Shown: positions 13,304-26,115 of the stretch, in pieces
Layout of the letters: each line of letters starts with the position of its first letter
Numbering within the stretch: position 1 is the first letter of the stretch
Source of the DNA: Octopus vulgaris
Lineage: Eukaryota
Direction of reading: 5' to 3'
Assembly (NCBI GenBank): GCA_951406725.2
Contig: OX597820.1
Coordinates: 102,610,001-102,674,000 of the forward strand
DNA: 64,000 bases
The notes under the pieces: generated by a model
Told to the model about the DNA's origin: nothing
The model's database searches: none
Seen by the model: only the letters and a program-made list of their open reading frames with translations
Program-made: the position numbers and the translations under genes

Positions 13304-13783
13304 GTGTTTGTGTGTATGTATGCGTTGTGTGTATGTATATTCACACAAATATTAAATGTGGAAACAGAAGAAAATGATTCTTTAGAGAGATGATCTATTA
13401 AACAAATCTTAAGACATGGATTTAAACATATTAGCATGCTCTATATGAAAATCATTTTAATATCGTGGCCCCTAATCTAACAGACGTGATAAAAGTTATC
13501 GTGAAATGAATTCTTGATAGAGATTTATAACGGCATCTATGTTAGGCGGTGTTACTTAATATACTTTAATGCAGTCTTTTTAATGGAAAGAATCTTATGT
13601 AAATTAGTACTCGTTGTGTTGTTTGTTTTCTTGTAGTTGTTTAGTTCTATTTTATCTATGATCAACTAAGCTTTGGTCAAAATGTTTCAGCAATGATAAC
13701 CCTGTCTGCTGTTCAGACGAAGCATTTGTTTTACATTATCGGATGTTATCAGATAAGATGTAGTTTCAGACCACTATAGCTGC

Positions 13784-14027
<244 letters not shown>

Positions 14028-14512
14028 GCAGAGTAGCCACATAGATTCTCTATTTCATTGCCGTTGTGAGTAAACTTTCTTTCACAATGCAGTACGTTGA
14101 TCAAATGTCATAAAATCAAAAACAATTAAGCAAAGTTTCTTTTTACTTCACAAATTCAAACTATGGCTTCACGTTATTATCTATATGCACAAGTTTATAT
14201 ATATGTATGTATGATATACGTACGTATGCATGTATGTAAATTTGTAGGTATATAGGTGCTCTCCTGTTTTTAACTTGGAATAAATTATGACCATCCACTT
14301 ACTGGTAGCAAGTATGTGAAGGAAAACATCTTGATTTTGTCATCATTATTTAAATCTTAAGAAGGGTCTTGCATATTTTTATAGTGCCTAGCAAGCAGCT
14401 GATTTCCACATCTTTTCCTTGTGGTCCCACAAAACAATACCTGGTCGGTTGTGTTTTAATTTTTAAGTTCTATAGGATTCTTTGACATATTGATCCCTAT
14501 GTAGTGAACTTC

Positions 14513-14670
14513 GTATGTATGTATGTATGTATGTATGTATGTATGTATGTATGTATGTATGTATGTATGTATGTATGTATGTATGTATGTATGTATGTAT
14601 GTATGTATGTATGTATGTATGTATGCATGTATGTATGTATGTATGTATGTAAGTATGTATGTATGTATGT
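14513..14670. repeat. (TATG)n microsatellite
   Basis: Seen directly. Confidence 0.95.
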
Positions 14671-14770
14671 CATTATTCAGTTTATTTCCAGATTTCTTGC
14701 CAATAGGAAAAGAATCAGTTTCTAACCTTCAATGGAATTTCAGCATCAACAATAGTGTATGTATGTATGT

Positions 14771-15095
14771 GAAGGCGCGTGGCTCAGTGATTAGAACGTC
14801 GGCTTACGATCGCGAGGTTGTGAGTTCGAATACGCTGCGTCTTGTGTTCTTGAGCAAACACTTTATTTCACGTTGCTCCAGTTCACTCAACTCTAGAAAT
14901 GAGTTGCGACGTCACAGGTGCCAAGCTGTATCGGCCTTTGCCTTTCCCTTGGATAGCATCGGTGGAGTGGAGAGCGGAGGTTGGTATGCATGGGCGACTG
15001 CTGGTCTTCCATAAACAAACTTGCTCGAATTTGTGCCTGGGAGTGTAACTTTCTAGGTGCAATCCCACGGTCAGTCATGACCGAACGGGGTCTCA
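14771..15095 (+). mobile_element. tRNA-derived SINE (family E) inside (TATG)n
   Basis: GGCGCGTGGCTCAGTGATTAGA A box and GAGTTCGAAT B box, then TGTGTTCTTGAGCAAACACTTTATTTC CORE-like segment; (TATG)n on both sides. Confidence 0.75.
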
Positions 15096-15274
15096 GATGT
15101 ATGCGTGTATGTATGTATATATGTATGCATGCATGTATGCATGCATGTATGTATGTATGTATGTATGTATGTATGTATGTATGTATGTATGTATGTATGT
15201 ATGTATGCATGCATGTATGCATCTATGCATGCATGCAAGTATCTACGCACATATGTGAGTATGAATATATTTAC

Positions 15275-15322
<48 letters not shown>

Positions 15323-16249
15323 TAGATATATAGATAGATATATGTATATACATACATACACATATATATGTACAAATGGTTCATAGATACATACAAATAT
15401 ATATATAATCTACACACACACACACACACATATATATACACACATACACACACACGCACATGTATGTATGCATATATGTATGTATGTATGTACGTACGTA
15501 CGTATGTATGTATGTATGTATGTATGTATGTATGAATGTATGTATGTATGTATGTATGTATGTATGTATGTATATATGTATGTATGCATGTATATATAGC
15601 GAAATTCTAACAGTACAAAATTAAATTTCTGTGATATTAGAGATTGTAAATTACTTTGATATGACCTTCACGCATATTTAGTTTTTTTTTTACTTCCTTT
15701 GTAACAGAGTAGACAATGATTTTATACGTAAGAATTTCACTTTCATATTATAGTAACTCATTACTGCATTGAGATATCGTGTTCTTCCGCCTCACCTAGA
15801 CTTCATGAAATATAATCTATGAGATTTAGGTCTGAATAGGCCAAAGTATATTTGTGTGGAGTAGAGGCTCATTATGTGGAGTCGCTGGAAGAAAGAATGA
15901 AGATATAAATTGTCAAAGAGGGATTTCAATGAATTAGTTGCAAAACAAGTGATACGGAAAACATGAAAGAGCTTTGGGAGCTGTGTATTGTAATTGCATA
16001 CTTCATGCTGACTTATGCTGTAACGTATTGAGATTGGGTATATGCTGTAAGCTCCACAAGCGGATATATATTTTTGAATTGTACATACACGCACATGCAC
16101 ACACACACACAAAATATGAATCCAGGCACATGTGTTTGTGTGTGTCAGTTCATATCTGCATATCTGTATGTATGTAAGTATACATATATGTGATAAGTAT
16201 GCATATATGTAAATATGTCTCTTGGTATGATTTATGTATACATTTTTGT

Positions 16250-16289
<40 letters not shown>

Positions 16290-16542
16290 TCATATAAATA
16301 TATATGTATATAAATCTCTCTCTATGTATACATATATATATATATGTGTGCGTGTATTTGTTATCTATATTTATATACTTTATTATATGTATATGTGTTT
16401 GTGTGTGTGTGTGTGTGTGCGTGTGTCTGGAGAGTGTATGAGGTATACGTTTGTATGTATGCAAATATATTATTCTATACAACTTTATATGTATGCAGGA
16501 AAGGGTGAAAGAGAGAGAGAGAGAGAGAACATTTGAGTATTG

Positions 16543-16586
<44 letters not shown>

Positions 16587-17089
16587 TGAATGTGGGTGTG
16601 TGTGTGTTTTTGTTTGTTGCTGATTGTTTCTACTAAAAATGGAAAACTACTACATGATTTATTTCCTTGCTGTATATCGGTGTTTTATCAGTTCAAAGCG
16701 AGTCAGACATCAGTATCAATAACACTTACATCACTTGTTTACACAACTCACCGAGTTGTTATGAATGCAAAGACGTTTCAATTTTGCGTAGTACTTAGAA
16801 ATTGTTATACATTGTAGCACCGAACAAGAAATGTTTCCATTCTTTAGAAGAGAAAGACAACGCTGTAAGCGATATTCCATGTCTCGTGAATGTACGATAA
16901 CTACATCGAATTGGAAGTGTAGTGTACTTTTATCGATGTTTTCTTTTATATAGAGCAGTTAAACTCACCGCATTTGCAGATGCAGAGACACTTTGTAAGA
17001 TTTTCCTATATTCAAACAAACTTCTTTCACGGATTGATAAATGTGTGCGAAAATGTATTCAGTCGCAATAAGTATGGTGTTGCTGAAGT

Positions 17090-17600
17090 CGCAATGTTGC
17101 ACGTTTTTTCCTGTCTTCGAGAAGTACTTCTCCTCGCCTTTAAAGAGGATATTTTGTATACTATATCATTCAGTTCATCATATTCATTCATTTCTCAAGA
17201 CTATCCACGAGTAGTTTTCGTCATTCTATACACCTGCCTCATCTAGGATCATGTGTCACCCAAACATTGAAAAATATTAAGCCCATTCCTTGTACATTCG
17301 CTACAACATATACTAGGTTTCTGTTTATCCGCATGCATACACTGCTGTGTTCGTTAGCTGGAAGCTATATTCACCAGAGCCGCTTCAGCAAAGAAGACCG
17401 TGATAGTTCTAGTTGAACAGATTTCTCAAATTCGAGTTATCTCTAAAAAGAGACAAGGTAGAAGCAAGCGGTGTGAATCGGCGCGTTATACCTAAATGAC
17501 TAAATTCTCAAGATGTCAATAAATACGCACGATGACATATCATCCCTGGTCAATGATATGATCGAAAAGTTCCAACATCACTTGAAGATTGTGCTTTGGG
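17090..17600 (+). pseudogene. Decayed Ty3/Gypsy integrase fragment
   Basis: 17523-17596 translates, with one frameshift, to IRTMTYHPW / NDMIEKFQHHLKIVL, resembling the integrase motif RTTAYHPQSNGMVERFHRQLK. Confidence 0.55.
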
Positions 17601-18269
17601 GATTTTCATAATATAGTTCTACTAATACCCGGGCCACATTGAGAGGCGATTGTATTGTACTGCAGGAGAGGTAGTATACTGGACTTTAATAAACACTTGG
17701 TACCGAATTTCCCAGGCACATAGGCACTGGAGCTTGAAGACCCACTGAAAACCACTTACAATTAAGTGTACAATTTTGAGAAATCCATGCCATATGTTAA
17801 TAGGTACACACACACAGACACACACACATATATAACAACAATGATAGCCACAACATCCCCTACACAAACAGCTATAATGACAACAACAATGACAACAATA
17901 ACCGCATCCCCACACACAGAAAACAATATAAACCATCTCATCTGCACCACCACCAATATCAATTCAACAACACAAGCATTACCACTACCACCAGCAGCAA
18001 CAATGCTAGCAACCACAACGATAGAAACACCAGTAGCATCCTACACTCTGTTTTCTATAACTCCAACAACAAATCATACGACATGACGAGGATCTACCTC
18101 ACAGACTTAGTCTTCAACAGAAGGGTATGTATCCCACCACAGACTGACAGAGAGACAGATTTCCTTAGCTAGAAATAGACTCTGTCACATCTTAGACTGG
18201 TACAGCAAAACCACACAAAAAACAGAGGGGAAGACCCACCAGCTCGTTTCATATGTTGCCAAAGGCCTA

Positions 18270-18800
18270 CAAAAACAGCAAATTAGGAACAGGGAATTAA
18301 TGTACCTCCCTACGGACAAGTCTGGCAGACTGTTGATAGACAGCCCGCAGAACTATGTTCAGATCATGCAACAACACAAAAATAGCATGAGAGAAATTGC
18401 ACCACAGGAACATGAAAGAGTGGAAAAACTCCTCAATGCACCTATAGGAATGTGGTGCAAGATACTCCAACGCAAGAAACGGAATGCACAAAATTTCCAA
18501 GCATTCAACAACGATGTTCCTATACTATATGAGTTAAGTAAGACTCATGAACCATACGTAGACCCTGTTATGGGGCCCTCAACCCGGCCAGTTTACGGAG
18601 CGGATATCTCCAGCAATTATAGTTTATCCTACTTCCTGTTACAGGTGTTACGACCACTCATTGAATTCTCCTCCAGTTGTCTGTGTGAGCACGGAGGATC
18701 TCATCAGTAGAAGCAGTAGTTGCAGCCCCTCCAATGACCTCACTGGTTGTGTAGTGGATGAAGTTTCACTCTACTCAGCTATAGACAGATTTTGCTGTAG
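18270..18800 (+). pseudogene. Penelope-like element reverse transcriptase remnant
   Basis: ORF 18300-18710 has LPTDKSG...NY, PILYELSKTHEP and TRPVYGA..SNYSLSYFL (PLE motifs DK, LYGLxKxHK, RP); downstream VDEVSLYSAID resembles D-V-x-SLY. Confidence 0.7.
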
Positions 18801-19018
18801 AAAAGTGCATTGAGATTTTTTGTGAGAGTGAGGTAGAGTTCCGCGAAGTCAACACGTGGGAACTAGGCCTCCTCCTTAAACTAAGCTATGACTGTAACTG
18901 CCAAGATAATCATGACCATAGTAGATGTTGCCCCACCAGATCCCAAATGGGAAGATCACCCACTATCACCTCGGCAGTGAAGAAAAGCACCGAAGATCGC
19001 TGGAATGGCTTTACCATA

Positions 19019-19061
<43 letters not shown>

Positions 19062-19138
19062 ACAAACACAAACAGGAACATACAAACAACACATGAATAT
19101 GCAGAATACATACACACACACGTACTCACACGCTTATG

Positions 19139-19182
<44 letters not shown>

Positions 19183-19214
19183 CACACACTCACACACACA
19201 TATATATATATACA

Positions 19215-20400
19215 TTTTTCTCTGTCTATAACCCCTGGTGGAATGCGAGGAAATGACCAAGAAGACTTACAAAATTTCGGCTAATCCTATATCTTAAGAT
19301 TTCATGCTCTGTAATAAAGATTACTTTGCAAACCTCTGTAAAGATACAGCAAGAAATATATAAGCGAAAAATACATATACATACCAATAAATCTATTCGT
19401 ACATACTTGCATATTCCCGCGTGTACATTCCATCTCCTAACCCATCTCAACCATGAGAAATCATACGGGCTAAATACGGTACTGCAGCATAATGACTAGA
19501 GAACTCAAAACGATTTTATACTTATAAATTAAGGATATAATCATTAAAATGATTCTATTCAGTGACTAGCCAAACGGGTTAGAAGATGGAATGTATACGC
19601 GGGAAATGCATGTATATATAGGTATCTGTACGAATAGATTTATCGGTATGTATATGTATTTTTCGTTTATATATTTGTCGGTATACCTCTATTGCAGATT
19701 TCAAAGTAGTCTTTATTACAGAGCATGAAATTTTGAGATATAGGATTATCCAAAATTTTGTAAATCTTCTTGCTCATTACCTCGCATTCGATCTGGGGTC
19801 AAAAATACAGAACAAATTTAGTGTGGATTGTAATTAATTGACATCTGTTTCTAGCGTATAGACATTGGCATTCCAGCGCCCTCAATTATAATTATATTTT
19901 TATAATTATATATTTAAAAATTAATTTTACCGATACGGTCATTTTTTATGCGCTAGTCACTGATATTATCATTTTAATGATTATATGCTCAATTTATAAG
20001 TATAAATAATTTTTTTAGTTCTCTAGTCATTATATTATACTGCGGTACATATCCCATATGAATTCTGATATTAACCACATGGTCGAGATGGGCTAGTAGA
20101 TGGAATGTATACGCGGGAAACGCATATATATATTGGTATCTGTACGAATAGATTTATCGGTATGTATATGTATTTTTCGCTTATATATTTATTTGTGTAT
20201 CTCTACAGGAGATTGCAAAGTAATCTTTATTACAGAGCATGAAATCTTAAGATATAGGATTATTCGAAATTACTTCGCATTCGACCTAGGGTTATAAATA
20301 GAAAACAAATTTAGGAAGGATTGTAGGTATTTGACATATACTTCTAGCGTATAGGTGTTGGCATTCCAGCGCCCTTAATTATAATTATATTTCTATAAAT
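19215..20400. repeat. ~500 bp unit in inverted plus tandem arrangement
   Basis: 19575-19900 and 20090-20400 are direct copies; 19215-19570 is the reverse complement of ~19950-20305. Confidence 0.85.
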
Positions 20401-21020
20401 ATAAACTTATATCGCTGTATCCTATTGAGATTTTCCAAAAATTCCCTAAATACTATGGTGTTATATTTTATAATCAGTTTCATATTTTGAAACCGATGCT
20501 TCAAATGCCTACCACACCCTTTCCACTGAGTTACCATTGTAGATGAACCACGTGCCTATTTTAAGTTTAAACAAGCAAAGATATAAGACAATGAAGACAA
20601 TACTATAAGTGCACGTATCCAATTATCTATACTAATAAATGCGAAACTGTACGTGCGCCAGCATGGCTTCATAGTTTACATATTTAGTCCCCTGGGCGAC
20701 CACCTCCACATTCTATACAAATAAATATAAATTGCTCTGCGTGCTTCTGCATGGATTGCTACCTTATAGATTCAGTCCCCTGCTGTCTACCTACACAAAT
20801 AGTACATACTTTGAATCAAAGCAACCTCAAGAGTTTTTCTACGCTACATTGGTTCAGCAGTATGAAGTAAATTCAGATGAAACATATGGCACCTTCAGTT
20901 CTTTAAACCAGCTAAATGCCAACTAAAGATTATGTTAATGAGTATAGAAATATAGACAGTTAACAAGCAGGATACTTGTTCGGGAATTTTTCAGGAATTG
21001 GATGTCCAGCAGTGAGAATA

Positions 21021-21241
21021 ATAATCCTTTCTACTATGGGCATAAAACCTGAAACATTGGGGGAAGGTGTTAGCCGATTACATTGATTCTAGTACTCCAG
21101 CTGGTACCTATTTTATAGACCCCGAAAGGATGATAGGTAAAGTTGACCTCCGCGGAATTTTAACTCAGAACGTAAAGACGGACGAAATACTGTTAAGACT
21201 CTTGTCCGGCGTGTTAATGATTCTGCCAGTTCGCCGCCTTT
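21021..21241 (-). mobile_element. SINE family D
   Basis: Reverse-complement family D ending TTCTGCCAGTTCGCCGCCTT. Confidence 0.85.
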
Positions 21242-22104
21242 AGAGAGAATAATCATAATACTGAAATTCCTTTAATTTTTTTTGTTTTTCACATATTCTT
21301 CGACTGCAAAGCACTCTATATGTTAGTTTAGAATAAGACGCCTTAGTGTTACAATTCAGCTATTGATTAAATCCTTCCCTCCGGACAAAATCCATGCAAC
21401 ATTAAGCGATAATGATCTACTTCGTTTTAGGTTAATTCTGCAAGAACTAGTTATCAATAGCTAACCTAAGCTTTCTTTCAAACGGCTTTTAAATGTCAAA
21501 TTAAACTTTAGAAAATTTGAACAAATTGATATAATGAATGAAAGGTGGTAAAACAAAAATAGGGAGCGAGCTGAAAAAGTAAATTGGAAAAAAGAAAAAG
21601 AAAAATAATCAAAAGTGTCAATAGTGAGACCTTGAGGATTCCAGCGAAAGCAACGATAATAATTCCAAAGAAATTTAGTTTCAACACAATCGGGTAAAGC
21701 TTTTAGTCAAGAGAAATCCTTTAGAATCAACATTGCTAAGGCTACAGGAGATCGACAAATTTTCGCATGATAGATATTTTTATGCAAATAAATAGATATT
21801 GATGTTATCTCAAGCCTTGATTGTTTCGTCTTTTTCGGCTAAAAGTTCTACAAGTAACCAATACGTATATATAGCTCGGGGTGTGATACTGAGTTTGTTG
21901 ATACATAGTTATTTGGTAATATCTAGCATGTAAGTAAGTTTTCACCACCGTTAACGCATTTCGGTAGGAAATTTCTAAAATATAAGTATGTGTACGGTTA
22001 TGGGAATGAGTTTTATATTTGTTTATATCATGTGCGAAGTGCGTATGCATAGATTGGCGTGTGCTTGTGTGTGATTGCATTATTATGTGTGAGATTGTTA
22101 CTAA

Positions 22105-22281
22105 TATTCTTTTCAAATTTTGGTACAAGGCTAACAATGTTTTTGGTGGGGGGGGGGTGACAAGTCGATTATATTGTCCCCCAGTACTTATTTTATTGAC
22201 CCCCGAAAGAGTGAAAGGCAAAGTCAACATCGGCGGAATTTGAACTCAGAATGTAAAGACGGATGAAATACCACTTAGCAT
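22105..22281 (-). mobile_element. SINE family D
   Basis: TTTCAAATTTTGGTACAAGG...GAAAGGCAAAGTCAAC...CTCGCCGCCTT. Confidence 0.85.
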
Positions 22282-22331
22282 ATTTGCCTGCTCGCCGCCT
22301 TATGTATGATACTAATATTAGCGGTATGAAT

Positions 22332-22551
22332 AAGGTGGCGAGCTGGCAGGAGCGTAAACACACCAGGTAAAATGCTTAGCGGCATTTCATCCGACTTTAC
22401 GTCCTGAGTTCAAATGCTGCCGAGGTTGACTTTTCCTTTCATCCTTTCAGGGTCGATAAAATAAGTACTAGTTGAGGATTGAGGGGTCAATGCAATCGAG
22501 TTAACCTCTCCCTGTGAACTTGCTGGTCTTGTGCCAAAATTTGAAACCAAT
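22332..22551 (+). mobile_element. SINE family D
   Basis: AAGGTGGCGAGCTGGCAGG...GTGCCAAAATTTGAAACCAAT; inverted relative to 22105-22281. Confidence 0.88.
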
Positions 22552-22721
22552 ATAAAAGGTATAATACAATTTGTTTTAAAATATCGACTTGACTTTTTAA
22601 AATTATTTAAAGAACATCTTCGCTGATGTTATTGACGTTTATGATGATTCTATTGTTGATGATATCTTTTTTGATACAGTGTTGTAGCTGTTGTTGTTGC
22701 TGCTATACTTGTTAATGTCAT

Positions 22722-22850
22722 TCCGCCGAGATCGACTTTGCCTTTCATCCTTTCGGAGTTGATAAATTTAGTACCAGTTGCGTATTGGGGTCGATCTAAT
22801 TGACTGGCCCCCTCCCCGAAAAAGTTCGGGCCTTGTGCCTAGAGTAGAAA
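22722..22850 (+). mobile_element. SINE family D, 5'-truncated
   Basis: TTCCGCCGAGATCGACTTTGCCTTTCATCC...CCTAGAGTAGAAA. Confidence 0.8.
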
Positions 22851-22894
22851 TGTATATTTGTTAATGTTGTTGTTGATATTACTGTTCATATTGA

Positions 22895-23108
22895 AAGGCG
22901 GCAAGCTGGCAGAATCATTAGCACTCTGGACGAAATAGCTGGTATTTAGCCCGTCGCTACGTCTTGAGTTCAAATTCCGCCGGTGTCGACTTTGCCTTTC
23001 ATCCTTTCATGTTCAATAAATTAAGTACCAGTGAAACACTGGGATCGATGTAATCGACTAGTCCCCTCTCCCAAAACTTCAGGCCTTGTACCTTCAGTAG
23101 AAAGAATA
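22895..23108 (+). mobile_element. SINE family D
   Basis: AAGGCGGCAAGCTGGCAGAATC...GTAGAAAGAATATT. Confidence 0.88.
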
Positions 23109-23986
23109 TTATTGTTCATATCATATTATAGTAACTGATATTATCATCGTTATTAAATTGCATTTCGTCCTTAACAGAGAAGACATATGGACGAATTGTC
23201 TAGCATTGACTATAATATTTAATGCCATTGTATTCCAAGGATTTTTTTGAAAAATGTAACATTAACTTGAAAGGAATCTGGCTGTTATTCTGTTTGCTAG
23301 TTCGGGTGAGTCTAAAGGGTTTCTTATATGTTGCCTCGTCCAGTATAATGTACCTATTATTTTCTAAACATATGCTTAAAATCAACGTAACTTATACCAC
23401 TCAGGTGATGAATCGAAATTTTTTAAATAACCATAATGTAGTAAAACTGCTGCTTTATTTTAGCTGTTAGAAACAAAAAATAATTGTCTTGATTCCGGCA
23501 GGTTTTGAACATCGAACCTAAAAATTGGGAAACAATTCTGCAAGTCATTTTATCCTATTTTCTAACAAATACGTCAATGCTCCGCCCTAGGAACAGAAAA
23601 TAATGACAGGAAAAATGATATTAAGCAGCGTTTAGCACAATATTGAATTTGGTGCAATATTTTCTTCTTTTATCATCCTACTAGAATTCGTAAAAGTGTC
23701 ACTAATGACTAGAGAAATTCTGCCATGATACCAATTAGTTTTCCTAGTGATTACAATTTTCCCTCAAAATTTAATTTAAGACTTGTTTAAAAATGAAGTA
23801 CAAATTCTTAGTGAAGACTGTTTTCAATATGTGAATATCCCAATGATCATGTTCTTCGTGTTTGATCGAAACTTTTGTACCAGAATCAGTTGTGAAAATA
23901 TGGCTTGATTACTCTATGATTAATGTAGTTACAGTTCAGCTTGCTATGTGCATACCTCTAATTCATAATTATGATAATAATAAAAT

Positions 23987-24194
23987 TGGTTTCAAATATT
24001 GGCACAAGGCCAGCCATTCGTAGGAGGGGGATAGTCGACCCCGGTGTTTGACTGGTAGTCATTTTATCGACTTCGAAGAGATGAAAGGCAAGATGACCTC
24101 GGCGGAATTAGAACTCACAACAAAAAGACGGTCAAAATGCTGCTAAGCATTTTGTCCGTCTTTACGTTGTGAGACTCTACCAGATCGCTGCCTT
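23987..24194 (-). mobile_element. SINE family D
   Basis: TTGGTTTCAAATATTGGCACAAGG...GATGAAAGGCAAG...CGCTGCCTT. Confidence 0.8.
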
Positions 24195-24207
24195 AATAAT
24201 AATAATA

Positions 24208-24254
<47 letters not shown>

Positions 24255-24278
24255 AATAATAATAATAATAATAATGAT

Positions 24279-24632
24279 ATAGATATAGCATGCCCAGCTG
24301 ACAACAAGGTATGCGATAAGGAAGAAAGAAAAGTCGAGAGATATGACAGGTTAGCTTGGGGGGGGGGGGCTAAGCAGTTGTGGTCGAAGAAAAAGGTAGC
24401 ATTAGTACCAATAATTGTCGGAGCCATGGGAACAGCGAGCAAAAATCTCGAGAAGTACGTGGAACAAATAGGGGCTGCAATAAGGGTGGAGCACTTTCAG
24501 AAAACAGCACTGCTTGGAACCGCTCGAATACTCCGGAATGTGCTCGAAAAATAAGAGGTGTTACCTTAGTTCACTGGTAGTGAACAGCTGACACTGTAGT
24601 ACATCTCCAGTGTTAGAAGCTGTGCAAAGGCA
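24279..24632 (+). mobile_element. 3' end of an R4/Dong-clade non-LTR retrotransposon (restriction-like endonuclease C-terminus and 3' UTR)
   Basis: IDIACPADNKVCDKEERKVERYDRLAW-(poly-G break)-KQLWSKKKVALVPIIVGAMG...QKTALLGTARILRNVLEK* (stop 24552-24554); (TAA)n on both sides. Confidence 0.85.
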
Positions 24633-24635
24633 ATA

Positions 24636-24690
<55 letters not shown>

Positions 24691-25423
24691 GTTGTAGTAG
24701 TAGTAGTAGTAGTAGTTGTAGTAGTAGTAGTAGTAGTAGTAGTAGTTGTAGTAGTATTTTCTTATTCGTTACCATTTATCATTGATCACTTTGATTTGTT
24801 GTCTTTTGGTTTAATGATCTGTAGCTATTGTAGACCAGAGGTTGGGTAGGGGAGAAAACAAGCGGAAGTCCGAAACATGCATATTGTGTAAGGGGGAAAA
24901 AATAATAACAATAAAGTGGCATATAATTTTATTGATTTGTGGCGATTCTTCTTCCGAAACTCAGCTACATTTGTTACATCCACTACATTTGTTATGAAGA
25001 GTAATATTTTATGAAATAACAGGCTTGTCTTTGTTTTTGAAATGTCTCCTTGTCATTTAGTAGTAAAGTTCAGTGTAAGCTTTTCAGATGGCAATTATCT
25101 CGAAAAGGACTGTCCAATTTAAAATGGTTCTTCATCTCTGGTACAGACAGTTTTCTTCTGAGTATTTTATGCATTACAATTTTCACATCTTACAAACGTT
25201 CAGTTCTTTGATACAGGCAAGTAATGTTGAAATGATTCTCACCAAAACGTAGTTTATGCCATATAAAAAAACTGCCCGGTTCAATTCTTATCACATAAAA
25301 GTTGAGGCATACTTGTTATCTCTCTATATCCATCTTGGAAACGACACAACGTATTTTATGGCTGAATTTGATAGGGTTACCATAAATTATCGAGCAAATA
25401 TTGCGCCTATATATGTATACATA

Positions 25424-25465
<42 letters not shown>

Positions 25466-25771
25466 GTATAATGCGTTAAATTAGGGCAAGCTGTCAAAGT
25501 TGTCTGCGGTTTATATATAAAGAATGCACACGCGCTCGCGCAAAATAGAAATTCGTTGAGTGATTGAAAGTTCTTTTAACATATAGACACAACACCAGAA
25601 TTGAATTCTTTATTGTATTGACTCCTAAAAAAAGATGAAGTTAATCTTAGTAGGATTTGAACTCAGAAGTAAACAAGCGGTAAAATAGTGCAAAGCATTT
25701 TCCGACGCCCTAATGTTTCTCCTAACCCACTCATTTTTTCTCTGTCTCTCTTCCCTCTCTTGCCCTCTCTC

Positions 25772-25817
<46 letters not shown>

Positions 25818-25871
25818 GGGCGTATTTGCGTACGTGCGTATAGATAAAGATTTATATACATATACATATAA

Positions 25872-25908
<37 letters not shown>

Positions 25909-25937
25909 GTATATAATATATATATATACATATATAC

Positions 25938-25992
<55 letters not shown>

Positions 25993-26082
25993 CACTATAT
26001 ATATATATACATATATATATATATACACACATACATACACACATGCAGATATATATATATATGCACCAACGTACAGGCAGGC

Positions 26083-26115
<33 letters not shown>

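Noticed and set aside
17766-18086. Thr-rich mucin-like ORF
   Set aside because: Low-complexity ACA-rich sequence directly upstream of the Penelope RT remnant; no signal peptide or splice support.
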